Of a stretch of 64,000 bases of DNA, positions 38,587-47,935 are shown in pieces (positions within the stretch are counted from its first letter, which is position 1; the number at the start of each line of letters is the position of its first letter). The position numbers and the translations under genes are program-made. Where the stretch lies: assembly GCA_043228905.1 (NCBI GenBank), contig JBHGNT010000052.1, forward strand, positions 62,001-126,000. Reading direction: 5' to 3'. The DNA is from Azolla caroliniana (lineage: Eukaryota > Plantae > Polypodiophyta). The notes beneath the pieces were generated by a model, which was given only the letters and a program-made list of their open reading frames with translations, was not told the DNA's origin and did not search any database.

Positions 38587-41500
38587 GTCCGGCCAAAATA
38601 GGAGCCATTTGGTTGGACAACCCTAGATATGTACAACCTAGTGTGGGTTCCATTTCTTCCAAGCATGTTAGTAGAGTCTTCTCAGCCCTAGTACAAGTTA
38701 GGACACCCAGTTGTCAACCTCAAGTCCAAGCCCTCTTAGATACTGGAGCCAATTCTTGTTTCATGGATAGAGATTTTGCCCAAAAACACCAAATATCCTT
38801 GCATACACTTCCTTGTCCAGTTTCCGTAGTAGTGATTGATGGACGCCCCATAGCTTCCAGGAAGATATTTGAAGAGTCTGAGCCAATACACATACTCTTG
38901 GGTGATTTAGGATGTGTAGTTTCCTTTAACATAATCCGTAGTCCTGAGCATCCAATTGTCCTCGGTTTGCCATGGTTCGAGCTACATAACCCTAGAATCG
39001 ATTGGAGGAAGCGAGAAATTAGGTGCCCTTTAGCAGAAAATATCATTGTCAAGGATCGAACTCGGGATTATCCTCCCAAGGTATATAGTTCTACCGATGC
39101 ACCATATCCTTCTCATCAAATTTTAGCCATCACATTGCAACAATTGCACCAAGTGGGAGGCAAGGAGGACCTTTTCTTATTTGCAGTATCAGTGACACCT
39201 TCTAGTGTCACTCAAGGGAATTCAGACATCCAAATTCCCAAAAAATATCAAGACTATGCTGATGTTTTCGACAAAGTCAAAGCTAGTGTTCTTCCAAAGC
39301 ATCGGCCGTACGACTGTCCTATTGATCTCCAACCAGGAAAAGAGCCTCCGTGGGGTCCGATTTACAATTTATCACCCACTGAGCTTGAGGTTCTTCGAGA
39401 ATACATCGAGGAAAATCTTGCACATGGGTTTATTCGACATTCAAAGTCTCCAGCTGGTGCTCCTATCTTTTTTGTGAAGAAAAAGGACGGCTCCCTTCGT
39501 TTGGTCGTGGACTATCGAGGCTTAAATAAAGTCACCATAAGGAATAGGTATGCTTTACCTTTAATCTCCAATCTCTTAGAACGCATTGGTGGGGCAAAGC
39601 ATTTTACCAAAATTGATCTAAGGGGTGCATATAATCTTGTTCGAATTCGGCCAGGAGATGAGTGGAAAACAGCATTTCGTACTCGGTGTGGTCATTTCGA
39701 GTATACAGTCATGCCTTTCGGGCTCACAAATGCACCTGCCGTATTCCAACATATGGCAAATGACATCTTCCGGGATTTCTTGGATATTTTTCTAATCCTC
39801 TACCTAGATGATCTATTGATTTACTCTAAAACACAGGGGGAGCATGATATACATGTGCGGCAAGTACTTGAACGCCTAAGGAAGTATGGTCTTTATGCCA
39901 AACTTGAGAAATGCAGTTTTGATTGCAAACAAGTCGAATTTTTGGGATACACTATTTCATCCCAGGGTGTTTTCATGGACCCGACAAAAGTCCAAACAAT
40001 ATTGGAATGGAAACCCCCATGCTCAGTTCGGGATGTCCAGTGTTTCCTCGGATTTGCGAACTTCTATTGCAAATTCATACATAATTATTCAAGCATTGTG
40101 TTGCCCCTTACTCAACTCACCAAGAAAAATCAAGCATTTTTTTGGAGTATCGAAGCGGACAAGGCTTTTACGCAGCTAAAAGAGGCGTTCACATCAGCAC
40201 CCATCCTAGCACATATTGATCCTGAAAAGCCATTTACTATTGAGGCGGATGCATTGGGGAGTATCCTATCACAACCAGGCGAGGACGGGCAGATACATAC
40301 AGTCGCGTTTCACTCGAGAAAGTTTACTGTTTCGGAGATAAACTATGAGGTGCATGACAAGGAGTTACTAGCTGTGGTCGACTCATTCGAGCAATGGCGT
40401 CATTTTCTAGAAGGATCACCTCATCAGATTATCATTTATAGTGATCACAAAAATCTCACATATTTTCAAACAACTCGAGTATTAAATAGACGACAAGCTC
40501 GGTGGGCCCAATTTCTAACGCGTTTCGATTTCAAGATCATTTTTCGCCCCGGAAAACAACAAGGGAAAGCAGATGCTCTGTCTCGGCGTTCGTATCTAGC
40601 ACTTCGACCTGGAGATCTGGCCTTTGACAATCAAAAGCAAACTCTCCTCGGGCCATCAAAGCTACAGGTAACAACAATTTATGCCACACCACTTGATTCT
40701 ACCCTTCTTGACACTATTCGGCAACAACTTCATTTGGATGATTTTGCTAAGGATGTCTTAGCCCACCGTGGTTCAAGTCGTCCATCTTGCTCCACATTGC
40801 CAGGGTCATCTCAACATTATAAGGACTTCAAGTGGCAAGATGGTTTACTCTTCTACAAGAATCTCCTTTACGTCCCCGACGGATCACCCCGACTTCAAGT
40901 GTTGGAAAATTGTCATGATGCCCCCATGGTTGGACATTTTGGTATTTCCAAGACCATTGAGCTGGTGAAACATTCGTTTTGGTGGCCTCACTTGCAAAAA
41001 TTTGTCGAAGATTATGTTCGCACTTGTGACACCTGTTGTCGCGCCAAAATACCCCGGCATCACCCTTATGGCTTACTACAACCATTACCCCCTCCCAACA
41101 AGCCATGGCAGTCTATTTCTATGGATTTCTTTACGGATCTGCCACCTTCCAAAGGCTTTGATACTATTTTAACAGTAGTGGATCGGTTCACCAAGATGGC
41201 ACATTTTGTACCATGTGTAAAGACCATCAATAGTGAAGAAACTGCAGATCTCATTATGCGTGAAGTGTTTCGCCATCATGGTCTCCCGAATGATATTATT
41301 AGCGATCGAGGTCCTCAATTTATCTCACACTTTTGGAAGCACCTATGGGCAGGCCTCAAAATCTCTTGCAAACTCTCTTCGGCTTATCATCCACAAACTG
41401 ACGGACAAACAGAGCGCACAAATCAAACGCTCGAGCAATATCTTCGATGTTTCATTAGTTATCAACAAGATGATTGGAGTAAAATTTTACATCTTGCTGA

Positions 41501-41696
41501 GTTTGCATACAACAACACGGTCCACTCTTCTACCAAAGTTACACCTTTCTTTGCCTACACCGGCAACCACCCTCGATGGTGTATACTGGATCTTCCCGAG
41601 GTGTCACGAAACCCTAGTGCGGCGCATCACCTCCACCGACTACAACACACCCTGTCTTTCATAGCTCTCTTTTGGAACCTTGCCACACCTCTTTAA
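38550..41696 (+). CDS. pol: Pol: aspartic protease, RT, RNase H, integrase (-1 frame relative to gag; C-terminus disrupted)
   Basis: Protease ALLDTGAN. RT motifs KIDLRGAY, MPFGLTNAP, YLDDLLIYS. RNase H motifs YEVHDKELLA, SDHKNL. Integrase HHCC (HDAPMVGH...CDTC) and DDE (SMDF, SDRGPQF, GQTERTN). The frame is open from 38550; the ORF track starts it at TTG 38613. Confidence 0.95.
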   Translation, partial: SPKPIRRGVKRISPAKIGAIWLDNPRYVQPSVGSISSKHVSRVFSALVQVRTPSCQPQVQALLDTGANSCFMDRDFAQKHQISLHTLPCPVSVVVIDGRPIASRKIFEESEPIHILLGDLGCVVSFNIIRSPEHPIVLGLPWFELHNPRIDWRKREIRCPLAENIIVKDRTRDYPPKVYSSTDAPYPSHQILAITLQQLHQVGGKEDLFLFAVSVTPSSVTQGNSDIQIPKKYQDYADVFDKVKASVLPKHRPYDCPIDLQPGKEPPWGPIYNLSPTELEVLREYIEENLAHGFIRHSKSPAGAPIFFVKKKDGSLRLVVDYRGLNKVTIRNRYALPLISNLLERIGGAKHFTKIDLRGAYNLVRIRPGDEWKTAFRTRCGHFEYTVMPFGLTNAPAVFQHMANDIFRDFLDIFLILYLDDLLIYSKTQGEHDIHVRQVLERLRKYGLYAKLEKCSFDCKQVEFLGYTISSQGVFMDPTKVQTILEWKPPCSVRDVQCFLGFANFYCKFIHNYSSIVLPLTQLTKKNQAFFWSIEADKAFTQLKEAFTSAPILAHIDPEKPFTIEADALGSILSQPGEDGQIHTVAFHSRKFTVSEINYEVHDKELLAVVDSFEQWRHFLEGSPHQIIIYSDHKNLTYFQTTRVLNRRQARWAQFLTRFDFKIIFRPGKQQGKADALSRRSYLALRPGDLAFDNQKQTLLGPSKLQVTTIYATPLDSTLLDTIRQQLHLDDFAKDVLAHRGSSRPSCSTLPGSSQHYKDFKWQDGLLFYKNLLYVPDGSPRLQVLENCHDAPMVGHFGISKTIELVKHSFWWPHLQKFVEDYVRTCDTCCRAKIPRHHPYGLLQPLPPPNKPWQSISMDFFTDLPPSKGFDTILTVVDRFTKMAHFVPCVKTINSEETADLIMREVFRHHGLPNDIISDRGPQFISHFWKHLWAGLKISCKLSSAYHPQTDGQTERTNQTLEQYLRCFISYQQDDWSKILHLAEFAYNNTVHSSTKVTPFFAYTGNHPRWCILDLPEVSRNPSAAHHLHRLQHTLSFIALFWNLATPL

Positions 41697-41989
41697 TTCC
41701 TGATCGTGTCGTGCCACCACCACCTTCTGTACAACTTGTGGACGGCCCCGAATATGAGGTAGCTGCTATTCTCGATTCTAAGATTGTGCGCAATAAGCTT
41801 TATTATCTAGTTGATTGGCTTGGTTATCCTCCGAGTGATCGCACTTGGGAACACATCGATAACGTTTGTAATGCTGAAGCTCTGGTCAATGACTTCCATC
41901 GTCACTATCCAAACAAGCCCGGCCCAAAAATGTTAACGCCGACTTCCACTCGGCGTTCTCGAAGGAGGGATAGTGTCATGAACACATGA
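41648..41989 (+). pseudogene. Out-of-frame integrase tail with chromodomain
   Basis: HPVFHSSLLEP...EYEVAAILDSKIVRNKLYYLVDWLGYPPSDRTWEH...FHRHYP. The aromatic-cage positions (Y, W, Y) are present. Separated from pol by a deletion/frameshift near 41647. Confidence 0.9.
41961..41973 (+). promoter_or_regulatory. Polypurine tract
   Basis: GAAGGAGGGATAG immediately before the 3' LTR TG. Confidence 0.85.
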
Positions 41990-42356
41990 CCATTATGGTG
42001 TCACCCGGACTTGAACCTCGAACCTTGTAATTCATACCTGAAAACCTCAACCATTAAGATAGCTTATTGTTATATGAAACAATAAAAGCTACTTCTTGTA
42101 TTACATTGATTATTGTAAAAACTCTAGATTATTCTAGAATGTTCTAGAATGTCCTAGAACATTCTAGAAATCTCTAAGCTATTCTATAGGAACCTATAAA
42201 TAAGCGCATACATGTATTCTCAAATCAATTCGAATCAACACCAGTCTTTAGCTCTCATTAAATATCTTGTATCCATTCTCTTTCTTTCTCTATCTTATAC
42301 ATCCATTCTTCTCTATCCTTCTTCCATCACTCTATCTTTTATCCTTGGTTCTGACA
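41974..42356 (+). repeat. 3' LTR (383 bp)
   Basis: Copy of 36948-37356 with roughly 10 substitutions (by eye) and a 26-bp shorter TTCTAGAA array. Confidence 0.96.
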
Positions 42357-44013
42357 CCCGTGAGTAAATCAAAATGTTCATACCTGGCTCGTGTGACATC
42401 GGATTTTTGTGTTCAAACATGCGAATTGAAGGTAACAATGCTAGTTATGATATGGAATTGAAAACTCAAGATTTTGAAACTCAGGTCGAGAAACATGATA
42501 AAAAAAGCAAACTTGAGGAGGTCGTAGACAAGAGCACGTGAGTAAATTAAATTGTTCATACCTGTCTCGTGTAATATCGGATGTTTATGTTCAAACATGC
42601 GAATCGAAGGTAAAAACGCTAGTTATGATAAAGATTTGAACAATCTCGATTTTGAAACTCAGGTCGAGAGACATGATGGAAAAAGCAAACTTGAGGAGGT
42701 CGTAGACAAGAGGGCGTGAGTAAATGAAAATGTTCATATCTGGCACGTGCTATATCGGGGTTCTTTGTTCAAACATGCGAATCGAAGGTAACAACGCTAG
42801 TTATGATATGGAACTGAAAAATCACGATTTTGAAACTCAGGTAGAGAAACATAAAGAAGAAAGCAAAGTTGAGGAGGTCGTAGACAAGAGCGCGTGAGTA
42901 AAAGAAAATGTACATACTTGGCTCGTGTGATATCGGATTTCTGTGTTCAAGCATGCGAATTGAAGCTAAGTATGCTATCTACGATATCAAATTGAGAAAT
43001 CACGATTTTTAAACTTAGGTCGAGAGACATTAAGAAAAAAGCAAAGTTGAGGAGGTCGTAGACAAGAGCGCGTGAGTAAATCAAAATGTTCATACCTGGC
43101 TCGTGTGACATCGGATTTTTGTGTTCAAACATGCGAATTGAAGGTAACAATGCTAGTTATGATATGGAATTGAAAACTCACGATTTTGAAACTCAGGTCG
43201 AGAGACATGATGAAAAAAGAAAACTTGAGGAGGTCGTAGACGAGAGCGCGTGAGTAAATTAAAATGTTCATACCTGTCTCGTGTAATATCGGATTTTTGT
43301 GTTCAAACTTGCCAATCGAAGGTAAAAACACTACTTATGATATGGATTTCAAAAATTTCGATTTTGAAACTCAGGTCGAGAGACATGATGGAAAAAGCAA
43401 ACTTGAGGAGGTCGTAGACAAGAGCGCGTGAGTAAATGAAAATGTTCATACCTGGCTCGTGTGACATTGGATTTTTGTGTTCAAACATGCGAATCGAAGG
43501 TAACAATACTACTTATGATATGGAATTGAAAAATCACGATTTTGAAACTCAGGTCGAGAGACACGATGAAAAAAGAAAACTTGAGGAGGTTGTAGACAAG
43601 AGCGCGTGAGTATATTAAAATGTTCATACCTGTCTCGTGTAATATCGGATTTTTGTGTTCAAACAGGCCAATTGAAGGTAAAAATGCTAGTTATGATATG
43701 GAATTGAAATCTCATGATTTTGAAACTCAGGTCGAGAGACATGATGAAAACAGCAAACTTGAGGAGGTCCTAGACAAGAGTGCGTGAGTAAATTAAAATG
43801 TTCATACCTGTCTCGTGTAATATTGGATTTCTGTGTTCAAACATGCGAATCGAAGGTAACAACGCTAGTTATGATATGGAATTGAAAACTCGTGATTTTG
43901 AAACTCAGGTCGCGAGACATGATGAAAAAAGCAAAGTTGAGGAGGTCGTAGACAAGAGGACGTGAGTAAATGAAAATATTCATATCTGGCTCGTGCGATA
44001 TCCGAGTCTGTGT
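42357..44013. repeat. 178-bp satellite, subfamily A, block 3
   Basis: Continues in register across the Gypsy TSD (AGCCCGT|GAGTAAATC). Confidence 0.97.
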
Positions 44014-44489
44014 ATCCCTCCCCCGAAGACCTTCAACCACAAAACAATACTCATCCTTACCCTCCTAACCATACCCACTGTGTAAATCCTAATGCTCACC
44101 CTACCCCTAACTCTCCTTCTCTTTCATTTTCTTTTTATACTCCTCCTAATAATTCTAGAAATACCTTTCCTACACCCCCCTCTCACAACTATTCACACAC
44201 ACTAAGCCCCCCTTGTTATAAAGAAACTACCCACAATCACAACATAAACCCTCCCCTATTTTCCCAAATACCCTTAGCCTTCCCCAACCCCTCATACACC
44301 TCTCTTAACCCCCACATCCCTAACCACTACACCCAATCAACCCATACCCAACATCCTCCCTACACCACCTCTACCAAACCATCCACAAGTTGTATCCACC
44401 CCTCAACTAGTCACCCTAAATCCCCTATGTATTCTTCTCACATCACACTTCCCACCACTCACAACCTCCACCAGCCAAAAAACGTTTAG
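44014..44489 (+). CDS. 5'-truncated ORF1 of the Penelope-like element (Pro/His/Thr/Asn/Ser-rich, low complexity)
   Basis: Open from the satellite junction to TAG at 44489. Ends CCA AAA AAC GTT TAG, i.e. on a slippery heptamer overlapping the RT frame. The apparent GTG start comes from the satellite. Confidence 0.6.
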
Positions 44490-44546
44490 TACGGCGTGCT
44501 AAAAGATCAAACCGACGTTTTAGACACGCCGTACACCCAACTAAAC
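44477..44546 (+). promoter_or_regulatory. Programmed -1 ribosomal frameshift signal
   Basis: A_AAA_AAC (44477-44483) in the ORF1 frame, a 5-nt spacer, then hairpin GTACGGCGTGCTAAAA (44489-44504) / TTTTAGACACGCCGTAC (44518-44534). The -1 frame is open into the RT ORF. Confidence 0.75.
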
Positions 44547-46465
44547 ATGTGTGGTATTTTGTTAATGGTAACTCTACCCCCCTAGATTCCTCTAATTGGC
44601 TAGGTAACATGTCACATAGAATCCCCTTTAGACCACATACAAAAAAAACACGTAAAAAGAAACTTAGATATAAATTTTGGAAACCCCTTACAACACCCTT
44701 TAGTCCCCCTCATAGTAGTAAAATCCACAACCTTTCTACACATACCCTTAGCAAGTCAAAAATTAAACTCCTTAACCTAGGTCTTAAGTTTATACCTCCC
44801 CCCCCACCCCCCCCCCCCACCTCCACTTCTATTCTTCAAGAATTCCATAACCTTAGTAGATCCCTTAGACTTAGACATTTCTTTCAAGATGACGACTCCT
44901 CCGCCCCACACAACCCCTTTAAACTACCCAACCCCTCTTGGAACCCCCCTACACAATACCCACCGTTAGAAGACATACTTCATAAACACCTTAATCTCCT
45001 CACCATAAAACTCCATAATACAAACCTACCCACTAAACACATTCCACTACACCTACTACAAGCCTTAAAAAGCCTTAAAAGCAATAAACACATTATCATC
45101 CTCACAGACAAAAATGTAGGTGTTTGTGTCTTAAACAAACAAACATACCTAGATAAAGCCCTAGCTCACCTATCCGATACATCCACTTACAAACCCATAG
45201 ATACCTTCCCCTTAGAAGAACTCCTACATAGATTAAAAACCTTAATGAATCAACACCTAGGAACCCTCTCCCTCATAGAAATAAAATTCATCTTACACAA
45301 ACCATCCAACAAATACCGAGTCCCCACCATGTACTTCCTACCCAAAGTACACAAAGAACCCATTGGCTATAGGCCTATTTGTTCTTACAACGGTTCATTA
45401 TTTGAACAAACTTCTAAGTGGCTACACCACCAACTCCTCCCCATACTCCTACAACAAAAACAATACCTTAGAGACTCATTCTCCTTAGTACAATCCCTAG
45501 AAAACCTTACGACACCACCCAATAGCTTCATCTTTTCATTTGACGTAGAATCCCTCTACTCGAGAATTCCACCAAAACTAGGACTACTTGCCCTAAAACA
45601 CCTAATTACCCCCCATTTCTCAAAACAAAAAGCCAACCTCATCTATACTCTCAGCGCCTTAACCTTAGAATATCACTTCCTTAAATTTAATAACCAAATC
45701 TATCAACAAATTAAAGGCACAGCCATGGGAAGCAATTTTTCCGTAGTATATGCTTGCCTTTTTTTGTCATACCTCGAGAATTCCAACCCATCTCCCCATT
45801 TATTTTATTTCACGAGATATATTGACGATGCCTTTGGTGTATGGACCGGTACGAAAACACAACTCTTAGACTACCTAAATTTCTATAGTATTACCACTCA
45901 AAACTCCATTAAACTGACCATCCAAACCTCTCTCACTAAACTTCCTTTTCTCGACCTTTGGATAAACCTCGCTAATAATAATTTCAACTTTAATTGTTTT
46001 CAAAAAGAACTTAATACTTACCAATACATACCCTTCACCTGGACACATCCTATCCACGTCAAAAAAAGTTTCCTCTCGAACGAACTTAAAAGATACATTA
46101 TTAGAGAAAGTACAGCCCAAGGTTATTTAAAAATGCAACAACTATTTTTTAAGAGACTACGAGCACGAGGATACCCTACACACTTTATCCTCAATATATT
46201 CAAAAAACACCCCTATTCCCTTAGACCAACTCTCCTCTCAAACAAAACCATTAACCAAACCCCCACACCCATAATCTTTAAACTAAAATTCACACACCAA
46301 GCCCCTAATCTAGGAATAAAAGAAACCCTTACTAGCCTACACTTAAACCTCCAAGAAGACCCTCTACTACAACACATCCCCAAACCAATAATTTGTTGGA
46401 CTAAATCTAAAAATCTACACTCTTCACTAGTCAACACAAAAAACATTACTATAGATCCACACTAA
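44480..46465 (+). CDS. Penelope-like reverse transcriptase, no endonuclease domain
   Basis: PLE RT motifs: LLNLGLKFIP, TDKNVG, MYFLPKVHK..IGYRPICS, FDVESLY, YQQIKGTAMGS, YFTRYIDDAF, LPFLDL, and thumb HP..KK.....ELKRY...LRARGYP. Ends ICWTKSKNLHSSLV then stop. The frame is open from 44480 (KRLVRRAKRSNRRFRH...), upstream of the ORF-track GTG at 44549. Confidence 0.93.
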   Translation, partial: KRLVRRAKRSNRRFRHAVHPTKHVWYFVNGNSTPLDSSNWLGNMSHRIPFRPHTKKTRKKKLRYKFWKPLTTPFSPPHSSKIHNLSTHTLSKSKIKLLNLGLKFIPPPPPPPPTSTSILQEFHNLSRSLRLRHFFQDDDSSAPHNPFKLPNPSWNPPTQYPPLEDILHKHLNLLTIKLHNTNLPTKHIPLHLLQALKSLKSNKHIIILTDKNVGVCVLNKQTYLDKALAHLSDTSTYKPIDTFPLEELLHRLKTLMNQHLGTLSLIEIKFILHKPSNKYRVPTMYFLPKVHKEPIGYRPICSYNGSLFEQTSKWLHHQLLPILLQQKQYLRDSFSLVQSLENLTTPPNSFIFSFDVESLYSRIPPKLGLLALKHLITPHFSKQKANLIYTLSALTLEYHFLKFNNQIYQQIKGTAMGSNFSVVYACLFLSYLENSNPSPHLFYFTRYIDDAFGVWTGTKTQLLDYLNFYSITTQNSIKLTIQTSLTKLPFLDLWINLANNNFNFNCFQKELNTYQYIPFTWTHPIHVKKSFLSNELKRYIIRESTAQGYLKMQQLFFKRLRARGYPTHFILNIFKKHPYSLRPTLLSNKTINQTPTPIIFKLKFTHQAPNLGIKETLTSLHLNLQEDPLLQHIPKPIICWTKSKNLHSSLVNTKNITIDPH

Positions 46466-46539
46466 CTCCTCTCCATATTTTTATTTTTTTAAACCACAAG
46501 TTTTATCTCCCTATATTTACCACGTGAGGATCTCCCCCT

Positions 46540-46862
46540 ATCTTATCCCTCTCTACCTTCACATTTCTTCTCTTAACTTTCCCTTCCTCTATCTCTATCT
46601 CCTCCTTCCCTCCCCTTCTCTTTCTCTCTCTACCTTTACCTTTCTCCCTCTCTAAATCATTTCTTTTTCCTCTCTCTCTACCTTTACTTTTCTCCCTCTC
46701 TACACTCTAAAACTCACCTCTTTTTTTCTTTTTTTTTCTCCCTCTCTTTTTTCTTTTTTTCTTTTCTTTTCTCTCTCTCTCTCTCTCCCTCTCTCTTTTC
46801 TCACCTTTTTTCACACTCTCTTCTCATTAGTTAAATTTCTCTCTCTCTCTCTCTCTCTCTGT
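46540..46862 (+). repeat. Polypyrimidine/(CT)n tract in the PLE 3' region
   Basis: Almost purely C/T on the + strand, with (CT)n runs near 46770-46795 and 46838-46860. Confidence 0.9.
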
Positions 46863-47209
46863 CCTCATTCCCCATAACTATTAAATTCGTATTCCCCTCG
46901 TTTTTCACCCACATCTTTACCTCGTACTAGCCACCATCACACACATATACACACCCCTCCCCTCACTTATCATACCCTCCGGTCACCCACTTATCACCAT
47001 TATTATACCCTCTAGTTACCCACTTATCTCTATCAAACTCATGATACCCACTCCCTCCCTTTACAAAATCATATCATGCCCCCTTATCACCGTGTTACAC
47101 CACTCCTTCCCATACTCCTCACTTCTTTTCACATTTATCACTCTTGTCCACCACTCATCTTACACCCCCCTTACCACAAACCTATATAACCTTACCTTTG
47201 TACTCGAAA

Positions 47210-47268
47210 ATGACCTAAGCACTGATGAGCTCCATATATGAGCGAAACTAGTTTGCTACATAGGTCAT
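47210..47268 (+). ncRNA. Type I hammerhead ribozyme (minimal palindromic stem III, PLE-type)
   Basis: Stem I 5' ATGACCTA-AGCA (47210-47221). Core CTGATGA (47222-47228). Stem II GCTC/GAGC with loop CATATAT. GAAA (47244-47247). Palindromic ACTAGT stem III. Cleavage triplet GTT (47251-47253). Stem I 3' TGCT-aca-TAGGTCAT. Confidence 0.88.
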
Positions 47269-47429
47269 ATTAATATATATTTGATCAATATTTTTTTTTT
47301 CTCAAGTGTCTATTGTTTTTATGTTGTGGTTAGTTGTGCTTTCAATAATATATATGTTATTTCATTCCCACTATGTAAAACGTGGCACTCCCCCCTCTTT
47401 CCCTTAATCTTTAACATACCCAATACCCG

Positions 47430-47935
47430 CAACCCTAAACTAATAACCCTAACACATTATATCCCCGCCAACCCATACCCTCATCATCATACCTCTCCAA
47501 ACATATCTCCCCTTACCACTAAAACCCTAAACCTACCAATCCTTAATACCTTTACTTTTGCACACACTACCCTAAACCCTCAGAATATTTTAACCCATAT
47601 ACCCTAAACCCTCAGAACAAACCCATAAACCCTAAGAATAGTTAACCTAATAACACTAGTCGTAGCCTAAATAAGTATCGTGCCCGCTTTCCTCGTGCAA
47701 TACATCATATAGTCTATCAAACCCTAAACCCTCAGATATTTTACCCATATGCCCTAAACCCTCTGAACAAAACCCTAAACCCTTAAGATATTTAACCCAA
47801 AAACATCAGTTAACCCATATACCTGAAACCTTCAAACCCAAACCCTAAATCCTCAAATAGTTAACCAAATAACACTAATCACAGCCAAAGAAGTATCGTG
47901 CCCGCACTCCTCGTATAAGACATTCTATAGTCTAT
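47430..47935 (+). repeat. Degenerate CCCTAAA (plant telomere C-strand)-rich region with an internal duplication
   Basis: Many AACCCTAAACCCT motifs. Two related units (~47569-47717 and ~47720-47935), each ending AAGTATCGTGCCCGC...TCCTCGT...TATAGTCTAT. Confidence 0.8.

Larger units (their letters stand above)
36948..42356 (+). mobile_element. Full-length Ty3/Gypsy chromovirus LTR retrotransposon (Tcn1/Tf1-sushi-like) with an internal deletion in the integrase C-terminus
   Basis: Paired LTRs TGTCA...TGACA, 5-bp TSD CCCGT (36943-36947 and 42357-42361), domain order gag-PR-RT-RH-IN-chromodomain, and a PPT before the 3' LTR. Confidence 0.97.

Noticed and set aside
37959-41664. Antisense and alternate-frame ORFs inside gag/pol, and 45875-46446 inside the PLE RT
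   Set aside because: Shadow ORFs of real coding sequence with no independent motifs.
41996-42064. Functional tRNA gene in the LTR
   Set aside because: The acceptor and T stems do not pair properly. Kept only as a tRNA-like A/B-box module.
44549-46465. RT as telomerase (TERT), LINE, retron or group II intron maturase
   Set aside because: No TRBD/T motif, no APE or RLE endonuclease, and no YADD/domain X. The motifs (GLKF.P, DK, LPKVHK, G.AMGS, RYIDD, ARGYP) and the hammerhead fit Penelope-like elements.
47041-47607. ORFs 47041-47241 and 47281-47607 as a downstream endonuclease
   Set aside because: Low-complexity translations of C/A/T-rich sequence with no GIY-YIG or other nuclease motif. The first overlaps the hammerhead.
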